Part shown: positions 47,478 through 55,415 of the stretch, piece by piece
Numbering within the stretch: the stretch's first letter is position 1
How the letters are laid out: each line of letters begins with the position of its first letter
Source of the DNA: an uncultured archaeon
Lineage (GTDB): Archaea; Asgardarchaeota; Lokiarchaeia; Sigyniarchaeales; SOKP01
Length of the DNA stretch: 55,434 bases
Reading direction: 5' to 3'
Assembly (NCBI GenBank): GCA_964632315.1
Contig: CAZWEM010000030.1
Span: 1 to 55,434, forward strand
Position numbers and translations under genes: made by a program
Notes under the pieces: model-generated
The model's database searches: none
Told to the model about the DNA's origin: nothing
Seen by the model: the letters and a program-made list of their open reading frames with translations, nothing else

Positions 47478-50333
47478 TCAATTTTTTATTTCTAAAGAAA
47501 CTTCAACTGTGTTATCGTCTATTTTAAATATTTGGGTCTCCATTTGGTCAGTAATTCTTTTTATTATATTATCTGCTTGAATTGATTTTTTAATTTTATT
47601 TTCGTATAAGTCTAGAGCCTCTAGAATTTGTTCATTATTAGATGAAATGTAGAGATTTATTCTATTGCTTGGAGAGAGCTTCTTCTTTTTCCTACAATTA
47701 TTTAAATTTCTGATCAAGTTTCTAGTTATTCCTTCCAATTTCAACTCCGGAGTAATAACTGTATCTAAATTTATCGAGAGCTCTTCGACCGGGCTATTAT
47801 CAACAACCACTTCCCTTACATTTAAAGTTTGTGAAATGAGATCTAAATATTCTTGCTTGAGATCGACTCCCTTAATGGTGACTTTCTGCAGTACTTGTCT
47901 TACAGGAATTTTTGCATTTTCCCTTAACTCAAACGTTCGCTTTACGATTTCTTTAGTTAACTCCATCTTTTGTTGAAGATCTTGATTGATTAATTCTTCC
48001 TCATAACTTGGCCAAGATTCTAAATGAACCGATTCGAGATTAGTTATATTATTCTCCTTTAGCTTTTGATAAATCATTTCTGAAATGAAAGGCGTGAGGG
48101 GTGCTGATAGTTTTGCTAGATTTAAAAGCACGTATGAAAGAGTGTTCATCGCATTCAGTCTTTTGGATTCTAATTCACTTTTAAACCGATTTCTACTGTT
48201 TTTAAGATACCACGTTGAGAGATCCTCCACAAAACTAAATACCAACCGACAAACTTCAGAGGTATCGAAATCATCCATTCTTAGGGTCACTTCCCCGATT
48301 AATTCGTTAAGTGTGCTAATGATCCATTTATCCATGATATTGCGAGAATCGGCTAAATTTATAGTTGAGTTATTGATATCAACCATCGAATAAAACCTTA
48401 AAACATTTATCAATAATAAATTAAATCTTCGATAGACTTGTTTTACAATTTCCTCTTTGAAGTTTAAATCTTGGGCTCTCATGAGTTGTGAGGACATTAA
48501 ATAAATCCGTAAAGCGTCTGCTCCGTATTTCTCTATGATTTGGTTTGGATCGGGAAAATTTCTCTTTGATTTTGACATCTTGGTTCCATCCTCCGCGAGA
48601 ATATTTCCATTTACTACTACATTTCTAAACGGGATCTCATCAAATAATAGAATTGAAATCACGTGCATGTAATAAAACCACGCTCTCACTTGTCCTATAT
48701 ATTCTGATACAAAATCACTGGGAAAGTTTGTCTTGAACCATTCCACATTTTCAAATGGGTAATGTTTTGCTGCGTAAGGCATTGAACCAGATTCTAGCCA
48801 GCAATCAAAAACTTCAGGAATTCGATTCATCACCTTTCCACAATTTTGACATCTCAAATGAATCTCATCTACGATATGTCTATGGAGATCAACGTCATCC
48901 GGAACCCCCTCTACTGCATTTTCTTGTAACTCTTTAATCGAGCCAATCACTTTAACCGCATGACAGCCTTCACATTCCCAGATCGGTATAGCGGTGGCCC
49001 AAAAGCGATTTCTAGATATACACCAGTCTGGAGCTGTTTCCACTATATTTTGATATCGTTTTGCTATCTCTTTAGGATACCAGTTGATCATTTCATTTGT
49101 TTTTAGTAATTTTACTTTTATCTGCTGGATATCAATGAACCATGCATCGAGAGCATTATAAATTAAAGGAGTTTCACATCTATAGCAAAATGGATAAGAA
49201 TGGGTGTAATTTTCTGAACTGTACAGGAGATTTTTTTGTATCAAATCCTCCAATACTACTTCATCCAAGTCTTTGAACCAAAGTCCAATCCACTCTGGGG
49301 GTCCAAGCGCTAACTTCCCTTGTTCATCAACATGCTGAATTTGAGGTAGATCATATTTCTTAATCATTTCGTAATCAAATTCTCCATACAATGCCACGTG
49401 AATTATTCCCGTTCCTTCATCTGATAAGACTTCCTCCCCTCCATCGATGACGTAGTACCCTTTTTCATCAGCGTCATTCGAAATTCGATATAAGGGTTCA
49501 TATTTCTTGTTTAATAATTTTGATCCTGGAAATTCCTCAATGACTTCATAATTTTCTTTAACGATATTCAACTGATCCTTAATCAAAATGAAGAATTCAT
49601 CGCCTATCTTTACCTTGACATAGATAGCTTTGCTATTTATTGCTAAAGTTACATTTCCGATTAGAGTCCATGGAGTGGTTGTCCATGCTAAGAGGAAAGT
49701 GCTGGGATCATTCTTTAGTTTAAACTTAGATATGACTGATTGTTCAGTGACATCTTTATAGCTATTATCCATTGATATCTCGGAATTTGAGAGTGGAGTC
49801 TCGCATCGTGGACAGTAATACAATACTTTTTTACCCCGGTATACCAGCCCTTCCGTATATATTTTTTTAAAGATATACCACACCGTTTCCATGAAGCTGT
49901 TATCCATGGTTTTATAAGAGTTATCAAACTCAATCCACTTACCCATGCGCTCAACTGTCTCTTTCCATTCGTTAGTATACCAAAGAACCTTCGAACGACA
50001 GAATTCATTGAAGTTCTTTAGACCCATCTCAAATATCTCATTCTTCTGCCTAATATCAAGCGTTCTTTCGCAAATACTCTCTATAGGGAGTCCATGACAA
50101 TCCCAACCCCAGCGTCTTTCGCAACGGTATCCCTTCATCGTCCAATATCTAGGAAAGACGTCTTTGGTTACAAAAGAAAGAATATGTCCATAATGAGGTA
50201 ATCCAGTTGCAAAAGGAGGTCCATCATAGAACACGTATGGATTCCTTTTCGGCCTTTGTTCGATGCTCTTTTCGAAGATGTGATTATCTTTCCAAAATTT
50301 AATGATTTTCAGTTCTTTTTCGTTATAAGACAT
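47478..50333 (-). CDS. ileS: Isoleucine--tRNA ligase (archaeal/eukaryote-type)
   Basis: DGPPFATGLPHYGH (HIGH), GWDCHGLP, WTTTPWTL, DWCISRNRFW, KMSKS; SD AGGAG at 50343-50339. Confidence 0.97.
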   Translation of the reverse strand: MSYNEKELKIIKFWKDNHIFEKSIEQRPKRNPYVFYDGPPFATGLPHYGHILSFVTKDVFPRYWTMKGYRCERRWGWDCHGLPIESICERTLDIRQKNEIFEMGLKNFNEFCRSKVLWYTNEWKETVERMGKWIEFDNSYKTMDNSFMETVWYIFKKIYTEGLVYRGKKVLYYCPRCETPLSNSEISMDNSYKDVTEQSVISKFKLKNDPSTFLLAWTTTPWTLIGNVTLAINSKAIYVKVKIGDEFFILIKDQLNIVKENYEVIEEFPGSKLLNKKYEPLYRISNDADEKGYYVIDGGEEVLSDEGTGIIHVALYGEFDYEMIKKYDLPQIQHVDEQGKLALGPPEWIGLWFKDLDEVVLEDLIQKNLLYSSENYTHSYPFCYRCETPLIYNALDAWFIDIQQIKVKLLKTNEMINWYPKEIAKRYQNIVETAPDWCISRNRFWATAIPIWECEGCHAVKVIGSIKELQENAVEGVPDDVDLHRHIVDEIHLRCQNCGKVMNRIPEVFDCWLESGSMPYAAKHYPFENVEWFKTNFPSDFVSEYIGQVRAWFYYMHVISILLFDEIPFRNVVVNGNILAEDGTKMSKSKRNFPDPNQIIEKYGADALRIYLMSSQLMRAQDLNFKEEIVKQVYRRFNLLLINVLRFYSMVDINNSTINLADSRNIMDKWIISTLNELIGEVTLRMDDFDTSEVCRLVFSFVEDLSTWYLKNSRNRFKSELESKRLNAMNTLSYVLLNLAKLSAPLTPFISEMIYQKLKENNITNLESVHLESWPSYEEELINQDLQQKMELTKEIVKRTFELRENAKIPVRQVLQKVTIKGVDLKQEYLDLISQTLNVREVVVDNSPVEELSINLDTVITPELKLEGITRNLIRNLNNCRKKKKLSPSNRINLYISSNNEQILEALDLYENKIKKSIQADNIIKRITDQMETQIFKIDDNTVEVSLEIKN

Positions 50334-50374
50334 TATATCTCCTACTTTTTATTTAATTATTCAAGTTTCTAAAT

Positions 50375-50382
50375 AAAAAAAA
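50375..50382 (-). terminator. U8 tract in the ileS leader (candidate conditional archaeal terminator)
   Basis: A8 on plus = U8 on the ileS mRNA, between the leader helices and the ileS SD. Confidence 0.35.
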
Positions 50383-50420
50383 TTAAATAGTTAAGATTTT
50401 GGAATTTAACTTATAATTCA

Positions 50421-50571
50421 ATGCATTCATGAAGCGGGATGTGGTATGAAGTTTATAAAAATTCACTTCATGAAGAAAAGAATTCAGCCAATAATAATCG
50501 TGGATGCACTAATAATGAAACTGCATATCAAAATTGAGAAATTAGTACTTTCTTTCATAATAACCACATCC
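50421..50571 (-). promoter_or_regulatory. Putative ileS attenuator RNA with alternative helices
   Basis: Complementary segment pairs 50464-74/50426-36, 50563-71/50437-45, 50515-26/50421-30 and 50465-71/50446-52. Confidence 0.6.
50484..50558 (-). CDS. Putative Ile-rich ileS leader peptide (24 aa)
   Basis: ATG...TGA encoding MKESTNFSILICSFIISASTIIIG: 7 Ile including II and III runs; ends 150 nt before ileS on the same strand. Confidence 0.7.
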   Translation of the reverse strand: MKESTNFSILICSFIISASTIIIG

Positions 50572-50736
50572 ACTAATTACAAATAAGGGAACTAAATTTT
50601 TAAAATTTGTTGATGATTTATCCAAAATGGGAACTCGTTCCCTCAAATAAAAAAATATTTATTTTATTTATCCCGTTTCTGTGTTGATGATTATCGAATG
50701 GTTAAATTGAGGAAGATTTCAATAAAATTTTATTAT

Positions 50737-50952
50737 TCACGTTTTTAATTTGCTTAAAGATTGATTTTTACTAAACTCTTCAATGATTATCAATGGCTCC
50801 AATTTTTCACGTTTATAATTGGTTGGTGTTGATATTCGATATTCTTTAATACAATCATTAGAACATGACTCAAACATCTTATTACATACTTTACAATAAA
50901 GTCTTCTTTGTTTAGGAATTAATAAATTTTCACAATACGGACAAAATCTCAT
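50737..50952 (-). CDS. TFS/RpoM (RPB9/RPA12/RPC11-like) N-terminal zinc-ribbon-only protein
   Basis: MRFCPYCENLLIP....LYCKVC; SD AGGTGA; no C-terminal ribbon. Confidence 0.65.
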   Translation of the reverse strand: MRFCPYCENLLIPKQRRLYCKVCNKMFESCSNDCIKEYRISTPTNYKREKLEPLIIIEEFSKNQSLSKLKT

Positions 50953-50996
50953 TTTAATTCACCTTTTATTTTTTTCACAAAAAACGAAATTAGCTA

Positions 50997-51188
50997 CTAA
51001 TATGTAAGCAAGTAAACATTACTTGCAAAAGAGAGCTGTTCTGTTTGAATATCATTTTTTTCGTCTTTTTTTCCAGTGAGGGGAATCTTAATAATTAATT
51101 GAAAATCATCGAAATAAAAATTGTTATAGAATTTACCATCTTCTTTATTGTAATCAATGAATTTTTTGATAAAGCCCTCCCTCATCAA
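50997..51188 (-). CDS. Hypothetical small protein
   Basis: 63-aa ORF preceded by GTGA, directly upstream of the TFS-like gene. Confidence 0.4.
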   Translation of the reverse strand: MMREGFIKKFIDYNKEDGKFYNNFYFDDFQLIIKIPLTGKKDEKNDIQTEQLSFASNVYLLTY

Positions 51189-51473
51189 TGATTCACTTTT
51201 AATTATAATTATTCATCTCTTTTTCTTTTTTGAATACCTATTCAAATTAACATTCAAAATTCATACTTATTCTACCCTATTTATTAATTCGGATAATATT
51301 ATATAAGAAAAAAGTATGATCCAATTATAGTGTATAATTATTATTTTTAAAAATTAAATTGGAAATTGGCATTTGGAGAATTTTCCATTGTTTAAGCAAT
51401 TTTGCATCCTTCTTAGACGCATTTTGTTCTAACACATTGATATTCATTAATAGAAAAAAAAAAGAGAAAAAAT

Positions 51474-51686
51474 TTGGGTAATTTTACTCCGAGAAATACA
51501 TTTTGGATTGGTGTTGCACTATTATTGCTTTCCTTTATTCTTGGATCGTTAGGTTGGTTCCTTGCACCTAATACTTCTGGAATTTGGTTTACACCCAACA
51601 TAGGTTTTAGTGCTACTGGATCTATACTAGGCATTTTAGGTATATTTTTCATTGTGCTGGGTATATTCCTCAGTAGGAAAAATTGA
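51474..51686 (+). CDS. Small two-TM membrane protein
   Basis: Two strongly hydrophobic segments; TTG start. Confidence 0.6.
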   Translation: MGNFTPRNTFWIGVALLLLSFILGSLGWFLAPNTSGIWFTPNIGFSATGSILGILGIFFIVLGIFLSRKN

Positions 51687-51875
51687 CTAAATCATTTAAC
51701 AAAAAAGTGAAGATCAATAACTAAAAACTGGAGTTTTATAATCCTTAGTGCGATATCCAACTTCGAAGTATAGTTTATTATTAAATCTATTGCATGTTCC
51801 TATTCGATTATGAGTAGAAAACATAATACTTAAAAATTCAGAGATTAAATAATGCATATTCATTAAGATACATGA

Positions 51876-53567
51876 GTGTTGATAATGTCTTGGGAAGAAT
51901 TTAAAACAGCTCCTCATACAATAAATGGAGTTATTGATAAATGGGCTAAAGAAACACCGAATAAAGTTGGTTTTATTTTTTATGATACCGAAAAAAAGTA
52001 CACGTTCAAAGAGTTTCGCGATGCAATAACTGTCATGGCATTTAAACTCTACAATCTAGGATTTAGAAAAGGGGATATCATCGCAACTTCTTTACCGTTT
52101 CTTTACGAACATATCGTACTTGGGTATGCCTGCGCGAAATTAGGAGTAATGTGGTGTCCCATGGATTTACGATTAAAACCTCCAGAAATCATGAGAAACC
52201 TAAGTTTACTGCAGGAAAAATGTAAGATGTATTGTCATTTAGGTAAAACTTCTGCTGCTAATTTTGGCATGATCGGGGCGGCAGTCATGAAAAACAATCC
52301 GTGGCTAGAATATGTCGTTCAATTTAGTACTCCAGACGATAAATATCGCAAGGGGGTTATTCCAGCATTTCAGATAATGCAAGAAGCTCAAAAAGAATTT
52401 CAGGAAGCTCAAAATGATTCCGAAAAAATGAACGCCTTTTTAGCAGAATGTGACAAAGTTGGAGAGGATGACCCCATATTAATCATATTCACGACTGGAT
52501 CAACAGGTTATCCAAAACCGGCAATGCTAACTAACAAAGGTATCACCTGCCAAAACATGTGTTTAGCAAAAGGACTTCATTCGGGTGTTGACGACATAAT
52601 GCTGGTCAATTTGCCACCATCACATGTAGGTGGGACGACTGAACAATTCATGACCCCCATTTTTAACGGAGGGGGCGTGGTCGTGCTCCATATTTTTGAT
52701 CCCGCTAAGAGTCTTGATGCGATTCAGAAATATAAGGTTACTGTCATGGGACAAATTCCCGCTTTGTTCGTAATGGAATGGAGGCTTCCTAACTTTGAGG
52801 AATATGATCTGAGTTCATTAAAGTATGCAATTGCGGCGGGTCAACCAGTCGATAAGCCATTCTTGGATAGATTGGCAACTATGGCCCCAAATTTGTTTAC
52901 GGGGCTGGGTTTGACGGAAACTTCAGGTTTTTGTTCTTATACGCCCACGGACCTTTCTTTAGATGAATTTACAGGCACTTTAGGCTATGATTTTCCTATT
53001 TACCCTATGTCGATTCGCAAACCCATGAATGAAGATGGAAGCACAGGAGATGAATTGGTAAGAGGAGAAATTGGAGAAATATGTTATAAGGGACCTCAAA
53101 CGTTTTTAGGGTATTTTGGAAATGAGGAGGCGACTCGGAAGACCTTATCCACCGATGGATTTTTGTACACCGGAGATATGGGATATGTTGATGATAAAGG
53201 GCTCCATCTTGAAGGTAGACGGAAGTTCTTAATCAAGCCGAAGGGTTATCAAGTATTTCCTCCCGAAGTAGAGGCTTACATCGCAGAGTTGCCTCAAATT
53301 GAATTCGTGGGAGTAATTGGAGCTAAGCATGAGGTCTTTACTGAGGGGGTCGCCGCGTATATAAAGTTGAAAGAAGGTGAAACACTCACGGAGCTAGAAG
53401 TACTGGAACATTGCAAGGGAATGGCATCCTATAAAAGACCTTCAATGGTCATATTCGTTGATGAGTTTCCTCTTAATCGTGTGGCAAAAACGGATTACGT
53501 GGCATTGCAATCTCGAGTTGATGATGATATCAAAGAAGCAAGAAGTCATGGTGGTTGGGATACCTAA
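51876..53567 (+). CDS. Long-chain acyl-CoA synthetase (AMP-binding enzyme)
   Basis: IFTTGSTGYPK (A3), GLGLTET (A5), GEICYKG, LYTGDMG, GRRKFLIK..G.QVFPPEVE. Confidence 0.93.
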   Translation: MLIMSWEEFKTAPHTINGVIDKWAKETPNKVGFIFYDTEKKYTFKEFRDAITVMAFKLYNLGFRKGDIIATSLPFLYEHIVLGYACAKLGVMWCPMDLRLKPPEIMRNLSLLQEKCKMYCHLGKTSAANFGMIGAAVMKNNPWLEYVVQFSTPDDKYRKGVIPAFQIMQEAQKEFQEAQNDSEKMNAFLAECDKVGEDDPILIIFTTGSTGYPKPAMLTNKGITCQNMCLAKGLHSGVDDIMLVNLPPSHVGGTTEQFMTPIFNGGGVVVLHIFDPAKSLDAIQKYKVTVMGQIPALFVMEWRLPNFEEYDLSSLKYAIAAGQPVDKPFLDRLATMAPNLFTGLGLTETSGFCSYTPTDLSLDEFTGTLGYDFPIYPMSIRKPMNEDGSTGDELVRGEIGEICYKGPQTFLGYFGNEEATRKTLSTDGFLYTGDMGYVDDKGLHLEGRRKFLIKPKGYQVFPPEVEAYIAELPQIEFVGVIGAKHEVFTEGVAAYIKLKEGETLTELEVLEHCKGMASYKRPSMVIFVDEFPLNRVAKTDYVALQSRVDDDIKEARSHGGWDT

Positions 53568-53666
53568 ATCTATTTGATTAAAATTAATTATACTTTACTT
53601 TTTTTTATAAAGCTGAATGATATTTATTTTTCTATTATTTATGCTATTATAACCTGATTTTTATAG

Positions 53667-53716
53667 AAATCGTTAATATCAAATTGGAACAAGCTCTTAT
53701 TTTTAGTTATTTTAAA
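53667..53716 (+). repeat. 50-bp direct repeat copy 1 (upstream of TA module 1)
   Basis: 41/50 identical, ungapped, to 54623-54672. Confidence 0.75.
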
Positions 53717-53735
53717 TAGAGTATAGAAAAATATT

Positions 53736-53756
53736 TAAGTATGTAATACATACTTA
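53736..53756. promoter_or_regulatory. Perfect palindrome, candidate antitoxin operator
   Basis: TAAGTATGTA-A-TACATACTTA ending 5 nt before the antitoxin ATG. Confidence 0.65.
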
Positions 53757-53761
53757 CATAT

Positions 53762-53992
53762 ATGAGAACCAATATTATAATCGATGACGAGTTGAAAGAT
53801 AAGTGGTGGGAGATTAAAAGAGAAGCAGATCAACTTAATATGAAAATCGGAGAGTATATAATTTTTTGTCATGATCTCAGAATGAAAACACTTAATAAAG
53901 ATAAGATTCTCGAGATTTTAGAGAAGCCTTTGACGGATGGATTGAAGAATATTGATGTCATAAAAGCTAGTAAGAGCATGTGGAAAACTTGA
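53762..53992 (+). CDS. Putative VapB-type antitoxin
   Basis: MRTNIIIDDEL N-terminus typical of VapB RHH-type antitoxins; overlaps the PIN gene. Confidence 0.75.
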   Translation: MRTNIIIDDELKDKWWEIKREADQLNMKIGEYIIFCHDLRMKTLNKDKILEILEKPLTDGLKNIDVIKASKSMWKT

Positions 53993-54402
53993 GAGGGATC
54001 GACTCCAATATTCTTGTTTATGCATTAAATAAGGATCTCACAGAACATCTCCCTTGTAAGGAACTTTTAATCGATGTTGTAAATGGAAAGCAACTTGTAG
54101 GTATCCCTTCAATCGTCTTCATGGAAAGCTTTCATGCCTTAGTAAAAGCATTTAAATATAAAGAGAGTGAAGTAAAGAAACGGTTAATCGCCTTAATTGA
54201 TTCAAAAAATATAGACGTGCTGGATGTTTCTGTATCTTCAATTTTATTAGCATTCGAGATCGCTGATAAGTACAAAACTGGAGGGAGAGATTCCTTAATT
54301 GCAGCAAGTTTACTCGAAAATAATATTCAAGAGATCTATTCTCATGACTCTGATTTTGATAAAATTAAACTTATAAAGCGAATCGATCCTATTAAGATAT
54401 GA
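53980..54402 (+). CDS. vapC: VapC family PIN-domain toxin
   Basis: IDSNILVYA, E, GRDSLIAAS, YSHDSDF acidic PIN residues. Confidence 0.9.
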   Translation: MENLRGIDSNILVYALNKDLTEHLPCKELLIDVVNGKQLVGIPSIVFMESFHALVKAFKYKESEVKKRLIALIDSKNIDVLDVSVSSILLAFEIADKYKTGGRDSLIAASLLENNIQEIYSHDSDFDKIKLIKRIDPIKI

Positions 54403-54428
54403 TTATATAATATTTTTTGGGTGATTTA

Positions 54429-54563
54429 GTGGTAAAAAATCGAAAACATAAACCAACGAAGGAAGAAATCTTTAAAAATCTATTTGGCTGTATTAATTCA
54501 TCTATTAAAGAGGAAAAAAAGTTTAAAAGTGTCTGGAAATCTGGGATACAAAATAAAGAGTAG
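54429..54563 (+). CDS. 44-aa stand-alone homologue of the AbrB antitoxin C-terminal region (not in ORF track)
   Basis: GTG start after GGTGA; KPTKEEIFKNLFGCI...KSVWK aligns with SPTKEQIFKELVGCI...KSIWK of 54718-54996. Confidence 0.6.
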   Translation: MVKNRKHKPTKEEIFKNLFGCINSSIKEEKKFKSVWKSGIQNKE

Positions 54564-54622
54564 AAGAACAAATATTAACCTTAAGATTTTATTCTCATAA
54601 TTCTTTAACTTGGGTTTTGTCA

Positions 54623-54672
54623 AAATCGTTATAAAAGAATTGGTTCAAGCTCTTATTTATAGCTATTTTAAA
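54623..54672 (+). repeat. 50-bp direct repeat copy 2 (upstream of TA module 2)
   Basis: 41/50 identical to 53667-53716. Confidence 0.75.
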
Positions 54673-54717
54673 AAAAAGAAAAATTAGGATTTAATTCTTA
54701 GAAAAAGTATAAATAAT

Positions 54718-54996
54718 ATGGGTCATTCTATGGGTATGGGTAAGTTTATGGGAAAAGTTGAAATAGATGAACGTGGTAGATTAACCCTCCCCTCAAAAAT
54801 TAGAGAGAGATTGTTAATAAAATCTGGTGATAAGTTATCGGTTAAAGTCAATAAGGATAATTCTATTACGATCAAGAAGAGCCCTACAAAAGAGCAAATT
54901 TTTAAGGAACTGGTAGGTTGTATTACTACTCCGATGGAAGAAGAAGGAAAAGTTACGCCGGAGATGATTAAAAGCATATGGAAACAAAATCCATAG
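54718..54996 (+). CDS. AbrB/MazE/SpoVT family antitoxin (true start may be ATG 54748)
   Basis: VEIDERGRLTLPSKIRERL.IKSGD swapped-hairpin motif; overlaps the PIN gene. Confidence 0.9.
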   Translation: MGHSMGMGKFMGKVEIDERGRLTLPSKIRERLLIKSGDKLSVKVNKDNSITIKKSPTKEQIFKELVGCITTPMEEEGKVTPEMIKSIWKQNP

Positions 54997-55415
54997 TATT
55001 TATTGACTCTAATTATTGGATATATCTTCTTGATAAAACATGCGATGAACATGAGCATGTCATCAACCACTTTAACGATTTATATGACAATTCTTCCTTA
55101 GCCATAAATACTATCGTCATGGTTGAAGTAATGCATTACTTGGTTAAACGATTAGGAACCACAATCGCTAAACAAAAATGGCAATTGTTTTCTTCGATTG
55201 ATTTTATAGTCGGAAATTTAGAGTTTGAAGAATTAGATAGAGTTTTTGAGGTTTTATCTAAATTCTCCCATACGGGGATCGGAGGAAGAGATGCCACCAT
55301 CCTGAGTTTCATGGAAGACAATAATATAACAAAGCTATGTACTCATGATAAAGCTTTTAAGCAAATTCCGGAGATTGAAATTATTGATCCAATCCCCAAT
55401 CAGATAGGAAATTAA
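54978..55415 (+). CDS. vapC: VapC family PIN-domain toxin
   Basis: FIDSNYWIY, E.MH, GGRDATIL, CTHDKAF. Confidence 0.9.
   Translation: METKSIVFIDSNYWIYLLDKTCDEHEHVINHFNDLYDNSSLAINTIVMVEVMHYLVKRLGTTIAKQKWQLFSSIDFIVGNLEFEELDRVFEVLSKFSHTGIGGRDATILSFMEDNNITKLCTHDKAFKQIPEIEIIDPIPNQIGN

Noticed and set aside
449-54996. Genome-wide reassignment of TAG to pyrrolysine
   Set aside because: TAG ends several genes at their expected family C-terminus (roadblock 18648, GYD 37619, AbrB 54996, PNPOx-like 451). Only the flavodoxin-like gene shows family-like sequence beyond TAG.
492-55321. Many antisense or overlapping ORFs in the track (e.g. 492-728, 2054-2263, 2939-3319, 13409-13798, 15268-15750, 19983-20651, 31490-31816, 43758-44306, 47665-48393, 54723-55070)
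   Set aside because: They lie opposite or inside well-supported genes and have no family motifs; shadow ORFs
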